Shown here: positions 58,650 to 64,000 of the stretch, piece by piece | Numbering within the stretch: position 1 is the stretch's first letter | How the letters are laid out: the number at the start of each line of letters is the position of its first letter | Source: Bacteroidota bacterium | GTDB taxonomy: Bacteria; Bacteroidota; Bacteroidia; NS11-12g; UBA955 | Reading direction: 5' to 3' | Length of the DNA stretch: 64,000 nucleotides | Assembly: GCA_013205405.1 (NCBI GenBank) | Contig: JABMMZ010000078.1 | Coordinates: 2,616 to 66,615 of the forward strand | The notes under the pieces: generated by a model | Seen by the model: only the letters and a program-made list of their open reading frames with translations | Databases searched by the model: none | Told to the model about the DNA's origin: nothing | Position numbers and translations under genes: made by a program

Positions 58650-61019
58650 ATGAAAATCAAAATAACATTAATTTTTCTAACTCTATTTTTAGTCTTAAGC
58701 TTAGATGCTCAATCTCCAAATAGCTTTAATTACCAAGCTGTGGTTAGAAACGCAAGTGGTGTGGCAGTAGCCAATCAATTAGTTGCACTCAAATTCACAA
58801 TTAGAGAAGGTACTCCAACTGGTACAACAATTTATCAAGAAACACATTCTAAAACCACTAATAGTCTTGGTCTGGTTGCTGCAATTGTAGGTACAGGAAC
58901 AATAGTTAATGGCGCTTACCCAACAATTACACAATTAGCTACAGGTGTTAAATATTTTCAAGTAGAGGTAGACCCAACAGGAGCTAGTAGCTATATAGAT
59001 ATGGGCACTACCCAAATAGTAAGCGTAATGTATGCTAATTTTGCCAATGGCTCTGCCACAGCAAATGGCTTAAGTTCTTCTGCATCAATTACACCATCTC
59101 AAATAGCTGTTTCTGGAGCTGCCAATGGCCAAGTATTGAAATTCAATGGTACTACTTGGACTCCAAGCAACGATGTAGGTGGTGGAAGCGACAACTGGGG
59201 AACACAAACTGTAAATACTGATGCTACTTTATCAGGTAATGGCACCTCCGGAAATACTCTAAAAATTGGACAAAATGGTGCAGCCTCTGGCAATGTTTTA
59301 AAATGGAATGGCACAGCTTGGGCGCCTGCTACAGATAATGGCTCAACTTATACTGGAGGCACTGGTGTTACTATTTCAGGAAGCAATGTAATTAGTATTC
59401 CTTGGACATTGAACGGAAATAATATTTACAATAATAATACAGATAATACAGGTATAGGAAATACTGCTCCAACAGAAAAATTAGATGTATTTTCTAACAC
59501 AACTAGTAATACTGTATTATCTCGCACAGGTTTATCTACTGGCTTTGCTTCATTAAAGGTTTTAAACGCAAACTCATCAAGTGCTGAATTAACTAAATAT
59601 AGTTCGGCTTCTACTGGCACCGTAAATACTTGGCCAGTTTCAAATTTAGCATTATTAAACAACGGAGGTTCTGGTGCTTTAATGTTAAATTCAATAGACT
59701 CTATTGGATTTGCCACAAATTCGAGAAATGTACTTACAATCAGAAAGTCAGGCGAAATGATGGTTAATGGTTCTAATACAAATGCTAATACAGGCTATTT
59801 AACTATTTTTCAACCAACGTATAGTTCATCTAAACCAACATTAGAAATAGTTGGCCCAAATGCCTTTATTGCTTTTAAAAATTCAGGCTTACTAAAAAGT
59901 TCAATACAATCTTTTAATGATAATTTAATTTTAAATGCCACAGCTGGTCATTTAAAATTGCATACTAACTCAATAGAAAGAATGCATATAGATTACACTT
60001 CTGGTGCAGTAGGTATTAATACTAATGCTCCATTTTCTAAATTGCATGTATTAGGCTCTGGTCCAAATAGCTATAAAAATTCTGGTTTTACTTTTAATGC
60101 TGCAATATATGGATATTGTGATACAACAACTACCACTAATAATTTTTCTGCAGGTATAATAGGACAGGCAAAGGGTTCAGCTAATTTAAATGCAGGTCTA
60201 GTAGGTTTGGGAGGATATAATGCATCATTTAATGTTGCTGGTCTATTTTTATCTAGACAATCTTTAAGTGGAACAAATAGGAATTATGGAACATACACAA
60301 GTGTTTTAGGCGGTAATGCGTTTACTATTGGACATTTTTTAAATGTTGAAGCATCTACGAATTCAATAAGTGGTACTTATGGTTCATACAATTTAATTGC
60401 AGGAACCGCAGATGCAAATGTATTCGGAGGTTATTTTGATGCCGATGCTACCAACAGCGCAGATAATTTGGGTATTTATGCTAGAGCTTCCAATGGAGCA
60501 AATAATATTGCTGGTTATTTTGAAGGCGATGTAGAGGTTTTAGGAAATTTAAGTAAAAGTGGTGGTACATTTAAAATAGACCATCCTCAAGATCCTGCAA
60601 ATAAATACCTTATTCACAGCTTTGTAGAAAGCCCAGAAATGATGAATATTTATAATGGTTTAATTACAACAGATGCTAATGGTTTTGCCTTAGTTACACT
60701 TCCTTCCTATTTTCAATCATTAAATATAGATTTTAGATATCAATTAACGATTTTAGGAAGTCAATTTGCTCAAGCTATTATTATTAAAAAAATAGAAGGT
60801 AATCAGTTTACAATTCAAACAAATTTGCCAAATATTGAAGTAAGTTGGCAGGTAACTGGTGTCAGGAACGATGCCTGGGCAAAAGCCAATCCAATAATTC
60901 CTGAAAAAACTAAAGCTGATAAAGATAAAGGCAAATACCTAACTCCCGAATTATTTGGACAACCAAAAACTCAAAGTATAATGTTGCCTAAAACTACTGG
61001 AACAAAAATTCCAAATTAA
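58650..61019 (+). CDS. Secreted fibre-like repeat protein with a tail-fibre-chaperone-like C-terminal domain and no T9SS CTD
   Basis: Signal peptide; N-terminal FNYQAVVRNASG domain; G.VLK.NGT.W.P repeats; GIG/GIN-x-x-P repeats; Gly-rich short repeats; C-terminal GGTFKIDHPQDPANKYLIHSFVESPE. Confidence 0.8.
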   Translation: MKIKITLIFLTLFLVLSLDAQSPNSFNYQAVVRNASGVAVANQLVALKFTIREGTPTGTTIYQETHSKTTNSLGLVAAIVGTGTIVNGAYPTITQLATGVKYFQVEVDPTGASSYIDMGTTQIVSVMYANFANGSATANGLSSSASITPSQIAVSGAANGQVLKFNGTTWTPSNDVGGGSDNWGTQTVNTDATLSGNGTSGNTLKIGQNGAASGNVLKWNGTAWAPATDNGSTYTGGTGVTISGSNVISIPWTLNGNNIYNNNTDNTGIGNTAPTEKLDVFSNTTSNTVLSRTGLSTGFASLKVLNANSSSAELTKYSSASTGTVNTWPVSNLALLNNGGSGALMLNSIDSIGFATNSRNVLTIRKSGEMMVNGSNTNANTGYLTIFQPTYSSSKPTLEIVGPNAFIAFKNSGLLKSSIQSFNDNLILNATAGHLKLHTNSIERMHIDYTSGAVGINTNAPFSKLHVLGSGPNSYKNSGFTFNAAIYGYCDTTTTTNNFSAGIIGQAKGSANLNAGLVGLGGYNASFNVAGLFLSRQSLSGTNRNYGTYTSVLGGNAFTIGHFLNVEASTNSISGTYGSYNLIAGTADANVFGGYFDADATNSADNLGIYARASNGANNIAGYFEGDVEVLGNLSKSGGTFKIDHPQDPANKYLIHSFVESPEMMNIYNGLITTDANGFALVTLPSYFQSLNIDFRYQLTILGSQFAQAIIIKKIEGNQFTIQTNLPNIEVSWQVTGVRNDAWAKANPIIPEKTKADKDKGKYLTPELFGQPKTQSIMLPKTTGTKIPN

Positions 61020-61041
61020 TAATTATTAAACTTTATTTAAA

Positions 61042-61509
61042 ATGAAAAAAATATTTTTAATTATTGGTTTAAGCTGGTTTACAGCCAATGCACAAAGTAT
61101 AGAGCGCAGTGTAATTGCAAGTGGAGGAAATGCCTTTAAAAATACAAATTATAGTGTCGATTGGACCATTGGTGAAACTGTTATAGCCACTGGTAGTTCA
61201 GTCAATAATTTACTATCACAAGGATTTCACCAGTCGTATCTGAATCAAAGTGACTTAACCAAAACTTTCATTGGAGGCTTATCCTGTTACCCTAATCCTA
61301 CAGAAAATTATTTGCAATTTAGCCTTTTAAATGGGCAATCAATAGCACAAATTACCATATTAGATTGCAACGGGAAAATAGCCTTAAGTGAAACTTGGAA
61401 CACCCAAGCCTCCTATATTATGGATATTAGTAATTTATCTGCTGGAATATATAATGCTCAAATAAAAATAGGAAATAGTATTAATATTATTAGAATTTGT
61501 AAATTGTAG
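61042..61509 (+). CDS. Small T9SS type-A CTD protein
   Basis: Signal peptide; short domain VIASGG…WTIGE…QGFHQ; then YPNPT…GIYNAQI CTD. Confidence 0.85.
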   Translation: MKKIFLIIGLSWFTANAQSIERSVIASGGNAFKNTNYSVDWTIGETVIATGSSVNNLLSQGFHQSYLNQSDLTKTFIGGLSCYPNPTENYLQFSLLNGQSIAQITILDCNGKIALSETWNTQASYIMDISNLSAGIYNAQIKIGNSINIIRICKL

Positions 61510-61559
61510 AAAGTTTGTAAAAAAATAGGACGTCCACTAATTTCAAATAAATTATTTCA

Positions 61560-62582
61560 CTAATATAAATTTTCCTTTTTCAAAAATTCAATCAATCCTT
61601 TGAAATAAACTGCTTGGTCATCGTACATGCACATGTGGCTGCCATTGGGGCATAATAAAAATTGTGCGTTTGGCATTTGAGTACTCATCCATTTCATATA
61701 TTCAGGGTCCATGGTATCATACTTTGCGCCTATCACCAATGCAGATACATTGATGTTTTTTAATTCTTTACTTACATCCCAATTTGTTAATTTACCAGCA
61801 ATACCAAACTCGCTTGGCCCTTGCATTATAGTATATAATGAATTATTAATTTTATTAAATGAACGTTTTACAGGTTCTGGATATTGTGGTAATCTACAAA
61901 TATGTTGCGAATAAAAATACTTCTCTAGAATAGGCATATAACGGGAATTTTTAAAGTCGCCCTTTTTTTCCATAACCCGAATGCTATCTAATATTTCGGG
62001 ATTCATTTGTTTAGACAGAACATCATTGGCATATTGGCCATATTTGAGACAATTAGCCATCATATTAGATATAATTAAACCTTTAATATTTTCTTGGTAT
62101 TTTAAGGCGTATTGCATAGCTAAAACACCTCCCCATGAGTGTCCGAGTAAATAAAAATTCTGCTTATTAAGTTTTAATGCTATTCTTACCTGCTCAAGTT
62201 CTTCTACATATCTTGGTAAACTGTAAAATGAAGTATCGTTTGGATTATCAGAATTACCACTAGCTAATTGATCGTAATAAATAAATTCAATACCTTCTTT
62301 TGGAAAAAAACTTTCAAAACATTCAAAATATTCATGCGTACAACCAGGACCACCATTTAAAAGAAGTACTTTTATTTTAGGGTTATTTCCTATGCGCTTG
62401 GTCCAAACTTTATATTTTCCCTTGGGTGTTTCTATATCTATCATTTTAATTCCACCTGTTTGAATGCCTGTATCTTGCAATTCAAAATAATTATTGGAAA
62501 TATCAGTTTGTTTTTTAGCATTGGAATTGCAGGCCAATAGAAAAATAAATAAACTAAAATGTGTAAGAGATTTAATATTCAT
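61560..62582 (-). CDS. Proline iminopeptidase family hydrolase (lipoprotein)
   Basis: Lipobox LLAC; GGPG, YDQL, GHSWGG and GSH motifs. Confidence 0.9.
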   Translation of the reverse strand: MNIKSLTHFSLFIFLLACNSNAKKQTDISNNYFELQDTGIQTGGIKMIDIETPKGKYKVWTKRIGNNPKIKVLLLNGGPGCTHEYFECFESFFPKEGIEFIYYDQLASGNSDNPNDTSFYSLPRYVEELEQVRIALKLNKQNFYLLGHSWGGVLAMQYALKYQENIKGLIISNMMANCLKYGQYANDVLSKQMNPEILDSIRVMEKKGDFKNSRYMPILEKYFYSQHICRLPQYPEPVKRSFNKINNSLYTIMQGPSEFGIAGKLTNWDVSKELKNINVSALVIGAKYDTMDPEYMKWMSTQMPNAQFLLCPNGSHMCMYDDQAVYFKGLIEFLKKENLY

Positions 62583-62605
62583 GCCTTCAAAGATAACTAT
62601 AGAAA

Positions 62606-63262
62606 TTAATAGTAAATTTTCAATAGTATACTTTTATCTGATTGATCAATGTATTTTTCAAGAGTATTAAAAAATAATTTATTTACCATAGGGCAACCTA
62701 AGCTATTGCAAATAGAAGTATTTTGTTCATAGAAAGGAACACTCTCAAAATGATGCAGTACAATATTTCTTTCAAAAGCCTTATTATTAGTTTTGTCTAA
62801 TCCTATTAGCTTAAAAGCCTTACCAAATTGCCCAATGTATGAATAATCAATACTGTATTTTCCTAAAGAGGTGGCATTAGAATTTGGAATATTGCTAAAC
62901 ATCAATTGATCTTCATTATCTGTTTCAGAGCCGCAACCATGGGCTACTAATCCCTTTTCTAAAACTTTATTATTTAATAAATCAAATATGTAAAATCTAT
63001 TTTTACCCGACATTATTTTCATATCAATAAGAAAAACAATCTTATTATTATAGTTAGAATATTGACTAATAAACTGTTTTAACGAATCGATATGTTTTTG
63101 AAATTTTTGATTATTTTTCTGAACACGAACAATACTTTCATTTGGCCTATTAAAAAAAGGAGTATAGGTTTTATTAGGTTGGTATTTTATATAATAAAAT
63201 AGGCCAGAAACTAGAATCATTAATAAAAATAGAACAAGTAATAATAGTAGCTTTTTTTTCAT
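62606..63262 (-). CDS. Murein L,D-transpeptidase catalytic domain protein (YkuD_2-like)
   Basis: LVAHG.G…FSN.PNS..TSLG…RNIVLH…SLGCP motifs. Confidence 0.88.
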   Translation of the reverse strand: MKKKLLLLLVLFLLMILVSGLFYYIKYQPNKTYTPFFNRPNESIVRVQKNNQKFQKHIDSLKQFISQYSNYNNKIVFLIDMKIMSGKNRFYIFDLLNNKVLEKGLVAHGCGSETDNEDQLMFSNIPNSNATSLGKYSIDYSYIGQFGKAFKLIGLDKTNNKAFERNIVLHHFESVPFYEQNTSICNSLGCPMVNKLFFNTLEKYIDQSDKSILLKIYY

Positions 63263-63403
63263 TAACGTACAAAAATACGAATACAAAATTACAACTTTTT
63301 TTTGCGCCATTTTCCCTTTGGTATCATTAATTTTATTTTGAAATAGAAACTTATTAATTTACAATAATCAAAAAAAAGTATTTGCTTTGCACTAATTATA
63401 AAT

Positions 63404-64000
63404 ATGCTTACCAAAGAACAAATAGCCAATCGTATTGCGCAAGAATTAAAGGATGGATTTTATGTTAATTTAGGCATTGGCATTCCAACGTTGGTAGCCA
63501 ATTATATTCCTGAAGGTATTGAGGTAGTTTTACAATCTGAAAATGGCTTATTAGGCATGGGTCCTTTCCCTTTTGAAGGGGAGGAAAAATACAGATTTAA
63601 TAAATGCTGGTAAACAAACAATTACCACTGTTGCAGGCTCTGCTTTTTTTGATAGTGCACTAAGTTTTGGCATGATACGCGCAGGCAAAGTAGATTTAAC
63701 TGTTTTAGGCGCAATGGAAGTAAATGATAGAGGTGATATTGCCAATTGGAAAATTCCTGGCAAAATGGTAAAAGGTATGGGTGGCGCTATGGATTTAGTA
63801 GCTAGTGCTAAAAACATAATTGTAGCTATGCAGCATGTAAACAAAGCAGGCGAAAGTAAATTATTAAAAGAATGCTCATTGCCTATTACGGGCATTGGTT
63901 GTGTCAAAAAGGTGGTAACAGAATTGGGTGTTTTTAATATCAATGAAAATGGCTTTGAACTAATAGAAATTGCACCAAATGTAACTGTAGAAGATATAAA
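63404..64000 (+). CDS. scoB: 3-oxoacid CoA-transferase subunit B (frameshifted; runs off the window)
   Basis: VNLGIGIPT and QSENG motifs. Removing one A from the run at 63585-63589 restores [11 protein letters not shown]…GAMEV…GDIANW…[10 protein letters not shown]. Confidence 0.9.

Noticed and set aside
58650..61019. Prophage tail-fibre gene
   Set aside because: It has a Sec signal peptide and a host-type promoter box, and no phage structural or integrase genes are nearby.
1091..63943. Numerous short antisense ORFs in the ORF track (e.g. 20477..20920, 28187..28648, 57714..58145, 63551..63943)
   Set aside because: They lie opposite well-supported genes and are shadow ORFs without motifs.
1..64000. 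CRISPR arrays, tRNA/rRNA genes, transposases and integrases
   Set aside because: No repeat-spacer periodicity, tRNA T-loop/cloverleaf, rRNA-like segment or recombinase ORF seen by eye. tRNAscan-SE or CRISPR finder runs were not possible.

Overview
AT-rich (roughly 30% GC by eye, not computed) chromosomal segment of a Bacteroidota bacterium. The assignment rests on TAnnTTTG -7 promoter boxes before many genes, type IX secretion (T9SS) C-terminal domains and a Bacteroidota-type purH/mreBCD-mrdA-rodA cluster. Housekeeping genes (fabD, gpmI, type B rpmE, dnaG, queA, mreBCD/mrdA/rodA, purH, scoB) are mixed with many surface or secreted proteins. These include two long type-B-CTD proteins on a shared Cys-paired repeat stalk (IgGFc-binding head; M4 peptidase head), type-A-CTD cargos (Omp28-like, Ig-repeat, a second M4 peptidase) and a fibre-like protein without a CTD next to a tiny CTD-bearing partner. 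Several genes are broken: two internal deletions, one heavily decayed hydrolase, a stop at the catalytic Glu of an M16 peptidase, and homopolymer frameshifts that could be assembly errors. I saw no tRNA, rRNA, CRISPR array, transposase or prophage. The best leads are the fibre/CTD-partner pair (58650-61509) and a GC-rich nested-hairpin/pseudoknot element at 741-880.
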